Source: Heptranchias perlo
Lineage: Eukaryota
Reading direction: 5' to 3'
Length of the DNA: 64,000 bases
Assembly: GCF_035084215.1 (NCBI RefSeq)
Contig: NC_090353.1
Coordinates: forward strand, 17,050,001-17,114,000
Positions 26,326 through 39,531 of this stretch are shown piece by piece. Every line of letters starts with the position of its first letter. The first letter of the stretch is position 1. The notes under the pieces are model-generated. The model searched no databases. It worked only from the letters and a program-made list of their open reading frames with translations, and had not been told where the DNA came from. A program made the position numbers and the translations under genes.

Positions 26326-28559
26326 GTAAGCAGAAGTTAGGAATTAGATGAAGTTGAACGTCATTTTAGACATTGCATTGTAACTGTCCATTTCAAATGA
26401 TTTAACCCTTAGACTCCTGGCAGGTTGAAGAACAATCTACTCCCTTTCCCATCTACCTGGGGTAACTCAGCGTCACTGTCTGGGAGTTGAAAATAAGCAA
26501 TAATACAGCAATAAAGTCACTGAGACTCCAGTTATAGATTTATTATTTTAATAACCCTAAATTACCAAACTAGACGCCTAAAACTTATTTTTGTTTATGT
26601 AAAAAGTCTGTTTCCTTGTTCTCATCACCCATTTTGGAGATTACATAGAATTTACAGCACAGAAACAGGCCATTTGGCCCAACAGGTCTGTGCCGGTGTT
26701 TATGCTGTACACAAGCCTAGGATCAACTTTATAAAAATTAACATTTGGATAAACTCCAGTTCCAAAGACTTCAGCCATTCAAATGGCAAAGTCCTAAATA
26801 TTGACAGGGTTGTATTACAAATCAATCTTTGAAATGGTTTTCAAGACCAAAACCAGTAGTACTGTAAACTCATGTGCTCATAAAGGTTTGAAATCAGTTG
26901 GGAAATTGTGTTGCCCCTCTTTGTCAGTTAGCAAAAGGCCCATAATGGGGTTTCACTCCATCACGGTCTCTGCAGTAACCACAGCTGTGATTTTATAGGG
27001 ACTTGGTTTACACCTCAATTTAAAAGTGCTACAAACATTTGGCTGTAACTGATGTGATAGGAAAACTGAGTTATGTGCTGAAAGAAATGCAAAAATCAAG
27101 GTGGCATCAGATTTAAGAATCCGGGATCCACTGCAAAAATTAAGAGAACAGTACCAGTCAGTTAGAAATGGGTATCGAAGACAGCCAGGCAGTGTTGCTT
27201 CAAGTTTAACCAGCAATGTCTGGAAATGAATCTGTCCTACTTTTAATATGTTTCTCTTTGAAAACCTAGCCTGGCCCCGTACCTTCAAGCCTATTAGGGG
27301 AGTCCTGTTTAATATTGTTTCATTTTAGATTTTTTTTTTCTAGTTTTTATGGAGATTTGTTCATTTTACAGCTGCCGCAGCTTGGATTATTGGCATCTTG
27401 CCTTCTTCAGAGTTCCAGTAATGATAGTAGTCTTGCTTAAATGAGCTGTTTACTTCAGAGTGTGAAGTTAGTGGAGCTTATCATATCAGCCACGAATGAC
27501 AGAGATCTAATGGACCCAGTTCTGTTCAGATAAACAGGGTGAATTTCCTGTGGTGGGTTGTTTTGGGATCTTGGCACAAACCCAAATTAAAAGCATGAAA
27601 CAAAGCAACTGGAACATCAATCTGTTAATATCATTCGGCCTGGCTACGAGCTCATCAAAGTCCACGCACCATTTCTGAGTAAGTGTCCAGTGTGCATTAT
27701 TAATACATCGCAGACAGTGGTTGGTTCTGTAAAGCATCTGCCAACATCAGATCTTTTTAAAAGATAAAATACGGATGAAACAAAAGGAAGACAAGTTTTT
27801 TTGACCTACTGAGCAGCATAGAACTGGTACAAAGGAGGCTGACTAATCCTGGAGCACTTGTGGTGTAACACTTTGTTTCATACCCTTACTTTAAATAAAA
27901 ATGTTATTTTATTAAACTTTTACAGCAACATATCATTTAGATTGCTGGAAGTGTTAATATTATTTCTCCAGACCTTTTTGCAAGGCTAGCGACTAATCCT
28001 TATGATAGGAGAGGTTTTTTTTTTATTTTCCTCTTCTTCTACCCCTAGGTCGTTGATTCATTCTCTGACTCAGAGCAGGTATTTATCAACACCACTTCAA
28101 AACTGCCACCCAGGAACTGTGTGAGAGTGGCATAAAGTGAATGCTGTTTGTTTTTGTGTGGAATTGCCACTCTGGTGCAGTGTGACCACATGAATTCAAT
28201 CACTGACCTTCCACTTGCACTTTTTATTTGGAGTTGTTGCCCACATTTCAGTAAACCTGCTAAATGCGAAACCAGTGTTTAGGTGGCTTCTTGTTTACCA
28301 AATTACTTGTATTGAGTATGGGATGTATATAGTCCCAGTGTCCAATAACTTGATCCCAAAACCCAATGATGACATATTTGAAGAAAAATATCTATCATGA
28401 ACAGGTTCCCACTTTTGGTAAGTGAATTGGAAGCTGGAAAGTAAACTAGCTAGAAACTTATAAAGGAATAATCAGGTAATATTTAAAATTCAGACTATGT
28501 AATTATTGCAGGAAAATGCCTGTGTTGTGGCTCTATGGGTCAGTGGTCTTCGTAATGTG

Positions 28560-28892
28560 CTTCTGAGCCTAAAACAGCAGGAAAGTCCTTGGTTCAAACT
28601 CTGGCCAGGGCTAAGTTGGCTAATCTCCATCAGAGTTGTTTTAATGGTGCTGCAATTGGCCTCTGTGTCCCTGCGCCAGGGAGGAGGAAAAAATTGGCCA
28701 GGATTCCTGCTTAGGATTGGTATTCTTTCCTCATTGTTGGATGAGGACATGATTGGGTTTGCCTGTGATGCCCTAAGCAGTAAAATAGCTGACCAACATG
28801 CTTTCCAAGTAGATGTAGAGTCATACTCTAGAATGTCACCTCCTCCCCAGGAAAGTCAGTGCATGGGGGAGGGTGGAATTAGGAGGGAGAAA
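28560..28892 (+). mobile_element. AmnSINE2-like SINE just upstream of the last MARCHF2 exon
   Basis: Contains ctgagcc...caggaaagtccttggttcaaactc...caattggcctctgtgtccctg...ctgtgatgccc, as in the other copies. Confidence 0.65.
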
Positions 28893-28935
28893 TCCACTAC
28901 TTGTAAAAGTAACACGTGCTGATTTTTGCCCGAAG

Positions 28936-29088
28936 GTTTCATTCCGCTATCACTGCCAGCTCTACTCAGAATGGCGAAGGACCAACCAAAAGGTCCGATT
29001 GATGACTGCAGACCATAAGAATGCCACTCAGCATTCTCTCCTCTCATCGAAGCTTATGAGGAAAGATTCCAGTGAAACGATTGTGTGA
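28936..29088 (+). CDS. MARCHF2: MARCHF2 last coding exon
   Basis: aag| acceptor. Encodes [23 protein letters not shown]...DSSETIV*, ending in a class I PDZ-binding motif. Total CDS 735 nt = 244 aa plus stop. Confidence 0.97.
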   Translation, partial: VSFRYHCQLYSEWRRTNQKVRLMTADHKNATQHSLLSSKLMRKDSSETIV

Positions 29089-31559
29089 ATTTATCGACAA
29101 AGAACTATACAGAAATGAAAATTTATACAATTCACACTTGTCCCTGAAATGTGCTATGTTACTCCAGCCAGCATCAACACAACAGCAACTTGTTTACTTT
29201 AGTGGAATACATGCAAGAAATAAACTTCATTTGCAACATTCTCAGGAGCCAGTATATATGCAGCCAGCGTCTAAATGCAATCCTAATAAACAGTGGGATT
29301 GAAAACTTGATATCTCTACTCAAATTAGACGGTGGTTGTTGTCCCATTGTAAGGTTGAAGTTTATGGAATGGAAATGCGGAGTTTGGAATTTGACAATCA
29401 TTTGTGCTATCCTGTGCAAAATGACAGGGCAAAGAACACATTGATGAGAAATGTGTGTGTAATCTTAACCTACTTTATTATGGACTAGAGGCAACAACTA
29501 GCCTTGAACAAAAAGTATACCCTCTGCATTGCACAGTAACCAGTCTGGTCTGTCAGCACTAATTATGTAAAGACCTGCAGACCTGTCCTAATTTTTTTTT
29601 TGCTGAATATTATTTTTAAATGGAGAAGTGACAAAGCAGAGATCCCAGCCCAGTTGGAATTCAGAAAGTCCAAATGTGAACCCAAAGGTTTGAATTGTAT
29701 CCTCTTGAATTTCTATAGAAGATGCAGTAGGAAATGTTTCAGTGATCTTTGTACAGTATCTAACACTGATCTTGTGCGTCACTGATTTGCAACACCCTGA
29801 TGTCACAAACTTGCCATATAACAACACTGTAATATTAGTGATATGGCAATGATTTTGGGACAGTTTTTTCTTGGCTTTAATAAATGACACTCTTGGGCAC
29901 CAAATACTTTGCATGTTTTTAAAAATCATGTTTTTGTGATGCAGTTAGCAACACTGCAGTCAGCTTCCTGTACTCATGGCCAAAGTGAGTAGTCAGAGAG
30001 CTTGTGAACGTCACTTAATGAGATGACTTCTGAGGTCAAATTTGTTGTATTCAAACAGAATAATGTCCAAGTAAGGATAAAGTAAAAATATTCAGAGTGC
30101 AGAATAAGAGCCATAGTAATCATTAATCTTTTGAAATCTATATAGATCATGAGAGAGAAGGGAAGTCTGGTCTGAGAGAGGGTTATTCAAAGCACTCCTT
30201 ATTTTTCATTGCAAAAGATCTAAGAAAATTTGGTTTAAATGTCAAATCAGATACTGAAGCCTTATTTGGTTTTCAGTTTAAAACAGATTGGGGGGGGGGC
30301 GTGGAATTAATAATTGTTTCTTCCCCAAACCTGCTCTTCCTTTTTTAAAGGTTAACTACAGGAGCTCATTGGATTTTTTTTGCCTCCTTGTATGTTAGTG
30401 CAGGGGTATATTTGTGTGTCCTGCCCTCTTTCTTCCCCCCCCCCCCCTCCCCTCCCCACATAACCATCCGTAAACATTTGATGGGTAAAACTGCAATGGA
30501 CTACTGTACAGTTTACGAAAAATGTTTACAGAGGGCTTATTGTATTAAAACTCACTTTTCAATGTGTTTGCCACCTTTTATTATTCAGAATGTTTAGTGT
30601 TTTTTTATTGCAGAGTACTTGATACACATATTTTAAGGATCTTGTGCAATTTCCAAAATGGTGTAAAGTTTAAATGCAAATTTGGGGAGCTTGAATTTCT
30701 AAAATTTGGTTTACTTCAATAATTCTCCTTTTGACCATTGATCTCTAAATTGAAATTGATGGTTCAGATCAGTGAACACTGATTGCGTTGGTACAATTCC
30801 TGAAAACACTAAGGCTCTCATTTACCATCCTTCGTGTTTCTCTCTCTATTTGTGAATAGCCTGTATTTATTTTATAGCAAACCACCAACTATAGTAAGAA
30901 ACATTTAGCAATAGAAATGTAAACTGAAATTCAGCCTAACATGTAAACATCACCCCATCATAAAACATGGTATAAATGTTCCAGTGAACCCCCATTATAC
31001 CCCCATATCCCGCTTTCCAATTATCCTTGCAAAAAGAAAGGAAAAAATGGGTGCTCTCCATCCCAGGATGGAGTTCATTGTCCAAGCAAACTGAACACTA
31101 AGCTTACGTATTCATGAATCCACCAGGTTAAAGGACTCTCATAAGGAAGAAAGAAATCATTAGATAAAAAGAAAATCCAGCAATGCTGGAAATCTGAAAT
31201 AAAATACAGAAAATGTTGAAAATACACATTTTAATTTTATTAGGTTTTCAGCATTCTAGATTTTTTTTCTTTATCTTTTTAATGTAGTAATGTCAGAACT
31301 TATCTAAAATAAAAGCAAGGGTGTATTTTAAACCAACTTGGCAAGTGATGAACTGTTAATAGTGGCTATGCTTTCATTATGTTCACAACCAATTTGGAAG
31401 GGAGTAGTTGTGTGGGCTTATTATTAAAAAATCTAGTTCTTCCATTTTGAACTTTTGATTGGAAATGCTGCTTATTGATAACCGTGTACTCCCAAGCACA
31501 TCTACAGGAAAATTTGATTAATAAAATGAACATTAATATTTTCACTGGTTTGATAACTA

Positions 31560-32005
31560 AAAGAAAATTTGCATTTATATAGCGCCTTATCACACTCAGG
31601 ACATCCTAAAGCACTTCACAGCCAATGGATTACTTTTGCAGTGATTTATTATTGTTGTAAATAAACTGGCAGACAATTTGTTCTCAGCAAGGTGCTACAA
31701 ACAGCAATGCGTGAATGAGCACTTGAACTGTTTTGGGGGCGGTGGGGCATGTTGGCTAGGAGACTGAGACCTGCCTGTTCCTCTTTGAATAATGCTATGG
31801 GATCTTTTTATGTCCATCTGAACAGATAGACAGGGCCTCGGTTTACCGTCTTATCCAAACAACAGCATCTCTGTCAGTGTGGCACTACATTAGTACTGCA
31901 CCTGAAGTATCAGACTAGATTATGTGTTCAAGTCCTGGGGTGGGGCTTGAGCCCACCAACTTCTGACTTGGAGACAAGAGTGGTACCAACTGAGCCAAAC
32001 TGATT
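31560..32005 (-). mobile_element. DeuSINE (SacSINE1-like), near full length
   Basis: Reverse tail ttgcatttatatagcgcc, Deu domain (gggatcttttta...gggcctcggttt) and tRNA head (ggcttgagccc...taccaactgagcc). Confidence 0.75.
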
Positions 32006-33329
32006 TTTAACTATGGGAATTTTGGAAACTTTTGCTTTTGTTTTCCTAAACTGATCGTATTAAATATAACTTACGCTGGTACTTGAATAAAACCAAGAGC
32101 ATTTTCACTACATTTTCAACATTGGAAAGATATAATACCCCGTTTTGGGATTTGGTGCATGAGCAGTGTTGCGATCCTCTTTTTTTAAAATCTGCTGGAC
32201 ATAAACTTGCGCTGTTCATTGGGAAACCGACTGTGCAATATGTGGGGATGTGCAGCAGCCTTTCCTCTGGTCAGGTACAGAAATTCCAGCAATGTAATCT
32301 GTTTATGGTTTTTGAACTGTCCCACTTCTGAAAAGCTGCTTTGTTTTATATTCCATTGCCTGACTGCTCAGAGAAGCTTGCTGACTTAGCTAACACATGT
32401 ACATCATTATTGTCACTACTCAACATAGACGAGCACCTGCCTGTGGAGTTTAGATGTAAAACTGTATAAAGAATGTGAGTTTGTTTGCATTTCCTCTTTT
32501 TGCTTTGTGGTTACTGCCTGTCTTTATATCCTGCCATCACAAGCCTTAATTTGCTAACTTTAACCCCTTTTCTCCCAGTAACTGCAATGTGCTGGTTGGA
32601 CAGGTTTTGTTCTATAGGTTTTTTTTTGTTTCGGTATACATGTGAGTCTGTATAAAATTCCATCTGTATGTGCTGCAGATGTGACATTTATTTTTGTTTA
32701 ATGCATAAACAAAATGGTACAAAACAAAATATAAGTTGGTGTCCTTGTTAAATCATTATTTCAAAACTCAAACACACATCAAAAGGGAACTGGATAAGTA
32801 CTTGAAAGGAAAAAATTTGCAAGGCTACGGGGATAGAGCAGGAGAGTGGGACTAGCTAGATCTTGCATAAAGCCAGCATGGATTTGATGGCCAAATGGCC
32901 TCTTTCTATGCTGTAACCTTTCTATGATTCTACATTTTTGTTGACTGGGTTAAAAGTGGAACTGGATAGGAATTTTGTCTGTTGGAGTTGCAGCTCTCAT
33001 TTTCATTTGATCTACAACTTTTAAAAATGCAGTTAGTTCCTGCCCAAGGACAGTTTGCAAAATATATTTGTAATATGAATTAATCAGTCTTCATTTTCCC
33101 ATTCTTGTCAATAGAATTGATAAAAGAATATTAATTGCTTTTGTCTAATGTTAAATGAGATGTGGATAAGCTTGTCTGATTCTTTATACCTGGTTGAAAG
33201 TGAGGTTAGCAGATACACAGGAAATGGTTTATGGTGCTAGGGAAAACAGGGCGTGGAAAGGATAAATGATTTCCCGCTCACTGATGCTGGGAAGGTAGCA
33301 GTAGTGGTGTTACAATAAGCATTTAATGA

Positions 33330-33602
33330 TCCTGTGGCAGGGAGGGGGATTTCAGTTCAGGTTCCTACTCCTGATCACTGTCCACTGATATCTGCTGATA
33401 CAAGCACGTATATGGATATCTGATGTGGACAGTATGGGTTTGGGCCCTGATGCAACCTGCAATAAAATAACCTCTTGATGGTTGCTGTCAATGTTCACCA
33501 TATGAAAGATAGCCACTTGGGTGAGGTACTGGAGGGTGACCAGCGACCATGGAATCCAATCCTCAGCAAGAGTTAGCCCCTTCAGGAGAGATGCGGAGAA
33601 TT
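33330..33602 (+). mobile_element. AmnSINE2-like SINE 3' half with a single unexpanded 33-bp unit
   Basis: ...ggccacttgggtgaggtactggagggtgaccagcgaccatggaatccaatcctcagcaagagttagccccttcaggagag. Confidence 0.65.
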
Positions 33603-34925
33603 TTATTTTCCCACTCTTAAGTACCAACCTTTCAAGAAACTCATCCGTTTTTTTTAAATCATGTATTTTTAAAAATGTAATATCCAGACACTAAAATACT
33701 GGTCTGATCTGGATTATTCCAATGACTAAGTTGACCTTGTGCAACAAATCATTTTTGAAAAGTGTACAGATTGCTCCTCATCACTATCCCTGCTGGACTG
33801 CGTGCTCGTGTGACTGTTGAGCAAGAACCGGGTCTGGCTTGGTTCTGATACAATCAAATAGTCTGCCCATGGTCATTATGGAGGCTCTTGGGTCAAATCA
33901 AATATCAATACTTGAAGGTACTGGAGGAGCTGTACCCCAACAAGGAATTGACATTAAGGGAAGGAAAAATTGGCAGAAAAAATTAGTGAAGAGTTTTTTT
34001 GTTAAAAAAAGATCTCTTACCCTTTATGCGCCTTTTACTCTTTTTGTGCAAATCCAATCTGTCTAGAATCTCTCATCCAGGAAGTTGTTTGTATGTTAGG
34101 TACCTACTAACCCAATCACCATGATGCACTGATTTATAACCCTAATACAAATTTCCCTCTTCTGTAAATTCTTCTCTCCTTTGCTTGGGCATGTACCAAG
34201 ATGGTGCCCTTCATATTTTAGGAAGCTAAGAACATTTCTGAAATTCATGATTTGGGTGGACCTTTGTTTTAAGTTCCATTGTATGAGGAACGAGACGGTG
34301 GCAATAGGAGGATAAGAAGGCTGTAAATCCTCCCTAAACCTGAAGTGTTTGAAGTTGACACTCTAAAATGATTTGAACAGAATGCAACTCTTTTTTGTAT
34401 TGATTTAAGTGTTGGTTGAATTTGAAGCTTTATCCTTGTTGAGTAAATTCCACTTAAGAATAGAAACTGTTCAGTAGTTTCTGTCTCTTCAGAGAGTGTT
34501 GGAAAACTCCAAAAAAATATATTTTAAGAATCCTCTCCCTTACGGAGTTGGGCTTTTAATGGTGGTTCTTCCATTTATTTCAAGATAGATGTTTGGTTTC
34601 AAGAGTGTTTTTGCAAAGAATGTATCATGCTCTTTGCTGAAAGGATTTTGCATGGAAATGCAGTGAGGTCTCGGAAACCTCATCAGGTGTATAACAAGTT
34701 CTTGTGGTTTTGTCCCAACTGTAGTTAATTGTTACATACATTGTTAATGTCATTACTCTTTGAATGTACAATGTTTTAACTATCTGGTTTGCAGTTGCTA
34801 TAAATTGTAAATATATATCCAGTCATTGTATTCTCTATCACCATTATTATAATGCCTTTGGCTGATCGTCTTAATTCCATTTTGTAAATAAGATACATGT
34901 ACACGCAATTCAATTTAGTACTTTG

Positions 34926-34931
34926 AATAAA
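34926..34931 (+). terminator. Candidate distal polyadenylation signal of MARCHF2
   Basis: AATAAA at the end of an AU-rich stretch with TGTA elements upstream and U/GU-rich sequence downstream. Other AATAAA sites (e.g. 29879) are also possible. Confidence 0.4.
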
Positions 34932-35159
34932 TCTTATCCAAAGTCAAATCTGCTTGATGGTCTTTCATGCTATATCCATCTTGTGTTTTTATACATGAAG
35001 CAGCATGCTACAGAAGTGTGAATTTTACTTCAGTTTGCATCCAGATTAAACAAAGTAGTAAAAATTTACTTGACTTCCACTTTTGCCTATTTCTACTTTT
35101 TTAAGACTGAGGATCGGAATTTCATTTTAAAATCTGCACTAAATACACATTTAAGTATG

Positions 35160-35550
35160 GATCTCTGTGTGCAACTGAGACTACAGAGCAGGAAGGTGCA
35201 GGTTTGATCCCAGTCAGTGGGTTGTCAGCTGGGGCAACAGTTGGAGGCCCCAGTGAGGTAAAAAAAATTGGAATTGGGCAGGGCTCCTGCTCCTCGTTGT
35301 TCTGTGACTCCAGCTAGAAAATGCACACGTGGCTGACTGGTAAGGACAGGACTGGCACTGGCTGTGATTTCCTCCAAATACTTGCTTTCCGTCTCCAGGT
35401 ACATATGTAAAGATTGACCATTTGGGCAAGCTGCCAGAGAGCAGCCGGTATCTCTGGAACCATCCCCCAGAATAATACTTGTGGAGGTGGGGGTATATCC
35501 ATCGAACCATACCCCAGAACAAGTCAATGCCTGCAGGGTGGGGGAAGAGA
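35160..35550 (+). mobile_element. AmnSINE2-like SINE (degraded)
   Basis: actgagactacagagcaggaaggtgcaggtttgatccc...ggctgtgat...ccatcgaaccataccccag. Confidence 0.55.
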
Positions 35551-36139
35551 AATTGTATTGATCCTAATTTTAATGTAAATAGAGAAATTTCATTTAATAA
35601 GAATTTATAACTTCCTATTTGTTCCTCTTTCACAATTTAATCTATTGAGTAATACAGAAGAGCTTTAACTATTACATGATGTAACAAGGATACCAGGAAT
35701 GAAGATGTTTTACAACATCACAATATTAGATTGAAGTGCAAAGAGCTTGTGCTGATATGTAATCAGCTTCTGAAGCAGTTACTCCTCTCTAATGCAAGAA
35801 GTGAAATATTAATATCCTAGGAATGGTCAAATATTCACTTTAAAGCCTAGTTAGAAAAGCAACATAAAAAATCTTAAAATTTTGCCAAAGCTGCAGAATC
35901 AAGATCACATTGTAAATATCCCCAAAAGAAATGTAGAATGCTAGTTAAAAGGACAGAGTCAGGATTTGTCCTTTTGGCTACAACCAACTTGTTCCTGCAG
36001 AGTGTGACTAGTGGTCCTTGTGTTTGAGGGTGTGGAGAACTTGTGACGAAGCCATAAGGGTGGAAACTAGATATTTCCCCATGTGTGGTGCTGTTTCTCT
36101 TTATTTTCTTTAGCCACACTGAACTTTGGTCTTGAGAGC

Positions 36140-37295
36140 TTCGGTCTCAAGTTGTTTTTGAAGAAGTCATAACTGGATAGATAAAAGGAATGCAGTAAAT
36201 GCAGATTATATGGATTTTCAGAAGGTGTTGGATAAGGTCAACAAGAGGCTTGAAAAATTCAGGCCTGTGGAATAAGCATGGATAGACAGTTAGTAAGTAA
36301 GTATTGCTTAGATTAGAAGTGATGTTCCCCACTTTTGTTCTGTCTGTGTGTGTGTGTGTGCATAGATGATTTGGACTTGGGTATAGAGAACACAATCTTG
36401 AAATTTGCTGGCAACATAAAAGTAGGAGGTTTGGCAAACACCTATTTGGATTGTAAAAGATGTCAGGGAAACATAGTTTAGCATAATGGGCAGACAGGTG
36501 GCAGATGCAATTTAATGTGAAAAAGTGTGAGGTAATATATTTAGGGAGAAAAAACAAGGAATGGGAGTATATGCACAATGGAAAGACACTGAAGGGTGTG
36601 AATGAACAGAGACTTAGGGGTTCAAATATATAATTCTTGAAAGTGCATGCGGGCTGATAAAACCATTAATAAGGCAAAATAATTTTTGATTTTCTAAGTG
36701 GGGCATCTAGTACAAGAATAAAGTAATAAATTTATACAATACTTAGGTTAGGCATTGGTTAGTACTGTGCAATTTTGGGTGCCCATCTTAGAAAGGACAT
36801 TAAAGCCATAGAGAGCATACAGCATAGATTCACTAGGATGATACCAGGGATGAGAACCTATAGTTATGAGGAGAAATTTGAGATCCTAGGACTATTTCCA
36901 CCAGAGGAGAGGCGATGAAGAGAAGATTTAATAGAGGTTTTACATTTATAAAGTGTTTTTGAGTGAATAGAAAAAGACCATTTCCTCTGGTTGGGGAGTC
37001 AGTAATGAGGGGTCATCAATTTAAAATTGTCACCTAAAGAGAGTGAGGAGAGGGGTTAGGAGAAATTTCTTTACACAGACGACTGCTGGAGCATGGAATG
37101 CTTTGTCACAGGCATTGATTGAAGCAGAGACCATTGCATCTTTTAAGGGGAAAAATTGGATAAATATTTGAAGTAGAGGAAGATACAAGGATATGGGGAG
37201 AGAGCAGGCAATGAGATTAGTTTTGGATTGTTCTGGCAAAGGCACATTGGACTGAATGATCTCCTTCTGTGCTATAAACTTCTGTGATTTCTATG
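36140..37295 (+). mobile_element. Degraded CR1 LINE RT/3' fragment
   Basis: Remnants YMDFQKVLDK, KFAGN.K.GG and WADRWQMQFNVKKCEV; CR1 3' UTR ending ttctgtgatttctatga. Confidence 0.8.
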
Positions 37296-37302
37296 ACAAA
37301 AT

Positions 37303-37467
37303 GGGGCTGAAATTGAACTTTAGCAATAGTGCAAAACAGGCGATAACGAATCGGCCGTTTGTTTTACACCCTGCCCCAATTTTCTTTTCCATTGAAGTCA
37401 ATGTAAAACCGGCTGCTGATTCGCTATTATGTGTTTTGTGCTACCACTGAAGTCGGATTTCACCCCC
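37303..37467. mobile_element. Palindromic Harbinger-type MITE
   Basis: Imperfect inverted arms of about 65 bp (GGGGCTGAAATTGAACTT...CGAATCGGCCGTTTGTTTTACA vs TGTAAAACCGGCTGCTGATTCG...AAGTCGGATTTCACCCCC). A related half copy lies at 58152-58250. Confidence 0.7.
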
Positions 37468-38089
37468 AGTGACTGCGCGCTGAAATGCACCATGTCACAG
37501 CTCGTGTTTATACCTGCTCTTTACAAATGCTGATGGACCAGCATTTTCTGTTTGTATTTTGAGTTCGTACTTGCTGTGTAAATGTTTTCTCTTTACCCCG
37601 CGTTGATTTTGGGCAAGATAGGACAGCCTTGGCCATCTCGCAAGCACAGGGATTGCAATTGTTCCTCACTGATCAGTCAGTCTGTCCAGAGAGGGTGTTT
37701 GAGTGGTGTTGAAAGGATTCCTGGAGGTCCTCTGTAAGACTGGTATTCACAAGGTCACTAGATAGTTACAGATGAGGAAGGCCATTCAACCCATCTTAGT
37801 GCATCCACCCAGAAAGATCTTAAAGTCCGCCACATTTCAGTATCCAATTGTTTCTTAAAAGATTCCAGGGTTTTACCTCCACTGTTCATCCTGGAAGTTT
37901 ATTCCCTGTGTTGATCATTCTTTGTGGAATCTTGTATCTCAAAACAGAGCCAGACATAGCAAAGTACTTGGCAACTTCAGAATATAGACCCCTTCACTTC
38001 TACATGTTACATTGGAACCATTGTTTTTCACAAACTTATTTTAAGGAGCATTTTACGATCCACTGCAATTCTTCCACATGCTTTCCTCC

Positions 38090-38365
38090 AATTCTGGCCT
38101 CTTGAGCATCCGCGACTTCCTTCGCCCCACCATTGGCAGCCGTGCTTTCAGCTGTCTGGGCCCCAAGCTCTGGAATTCCCTCCCTAAACCCCTCTCCTCC
38201 TTTTGAGACACTCCTTAAAAGCTATCTCTTTGACCAAACTTTTGGTCACCTGTCCTAATATCTTCTTATGTGGCTCGGTGTCAATTTTCATTTAATGTCG
38301 CTCCTGTAATGTTGGGATGTTTTACTGTGTTAAAGGCGCTATATAAATACAACTAGTTGTTGTTA
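38090..38365 (+). mobile_element. L2 LINE 3' end
   Basis: ctctggaattccctccctaaacc...ttaaaggcgctatataaatacaac tail. Confidence 0.8.
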
Positions 38366-39531
38366 TCGTCTTTCAGAAGCTAGGATAATGGGTCCCTGAG
38401 AGGGAGCTGATATTATCTGGTGGGGGGGGGCATAGCCCATGTCCTGTCCTGCATGCCCCCCCCCCCACCCCCCACCCCCCTATCTTTCAATCCACCATTG
38501 GGGCCTTGTGCAGCCACCACATCAAAACCCTTTTTGACCAAGCTTCCACCCTTCTCTCTAACCCTCTGTATCTCCTCCTACTCAGCATCCATGATTATTT
38601 TTTTCTCCTCATTGATGTAAAGAACTCCAAGACATTTTCCTTCCCCTGAGCAACTCTATAGAAATGCCAGCAATTGCAATTGTAAATCCAGCTCTAGGAC
38701 TATGGATAAATCCCCTTCCTTTCCAAAAATGTTTCCGTACCAAATTAGAGAATCTTGTGGTTGATCCAATTGAGGCACATTCATCTCTAGGTTTCAAAAT
38801 GCCCGGCATCGTGGCATTTGCTTATCTGTTGCTGGCATTCTATTATCTCATCCACATCTCTTGGTGATATTACTGCTTGTAACAATTTCTAGGCATTTCT
38901 GTATCCCTTCCTTTCTATCTCTTTTTTTCTCTGTGTTTGTCTCTCTCTGTGTCTGTGTCTCTTTTTTTATATATATATATATTTTTTATATAATCTTGTT
39001 CTCTCTTGATCTCTTTTTCTCTCCCTTTCTCACATTAACTCACTTTTTATGAAAGACTGTTGAAATGTTAAAGCTGAAATTGGAACTCCAGTTTTAAAAT
39101 TGATTTTATTGGTAGTTAAGACATAGGGTGTGATGGGCACAGTGAATATAAGGCCGCATCAATGAACTGAGAGCATTACGTAGCTGGACCCAATTTTACT
39201 GATCGTGATCTTATTTGGTTTTAAATGGGGTAACGTTCCCTTTAATGAAGGAAAACTGGAGACTGAGGGGGTTAAATAGGATAAGGCCCCGTACTGGCCG
39301 CGGGGGTCGCGGTGCGCGGTTAACCTGCGCCCAGTGATGGCAATGCAGGCAGCACACGAGACTTGTGCTGCATCCTCAGTACCATGATTCCCACGTGCAG
39401 CCAGTGCTACCCATGCCGTTGAGTGGCTGCATGCACCAGCAGGAGGCCCGATCTGGGGTATGGCCAGCACTAGATAACGGCAGCCTACAGTTCTTAAAGG
39501 GGAGGTGCACTGTCAACGGAAGCAGTGCAGG

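Noticed and set aside
31170-31260. Recurring gatgctg..ctgctgtgtatttccagcattttctgttt motif (also ~5030, 37510, 45900, 55520, 58550), here forming a weak hairpin
   Set aside because: Looks like short terminal fragments of a common retroelement (probably Penelope-like); too degraded to delimit or to suggest a function.
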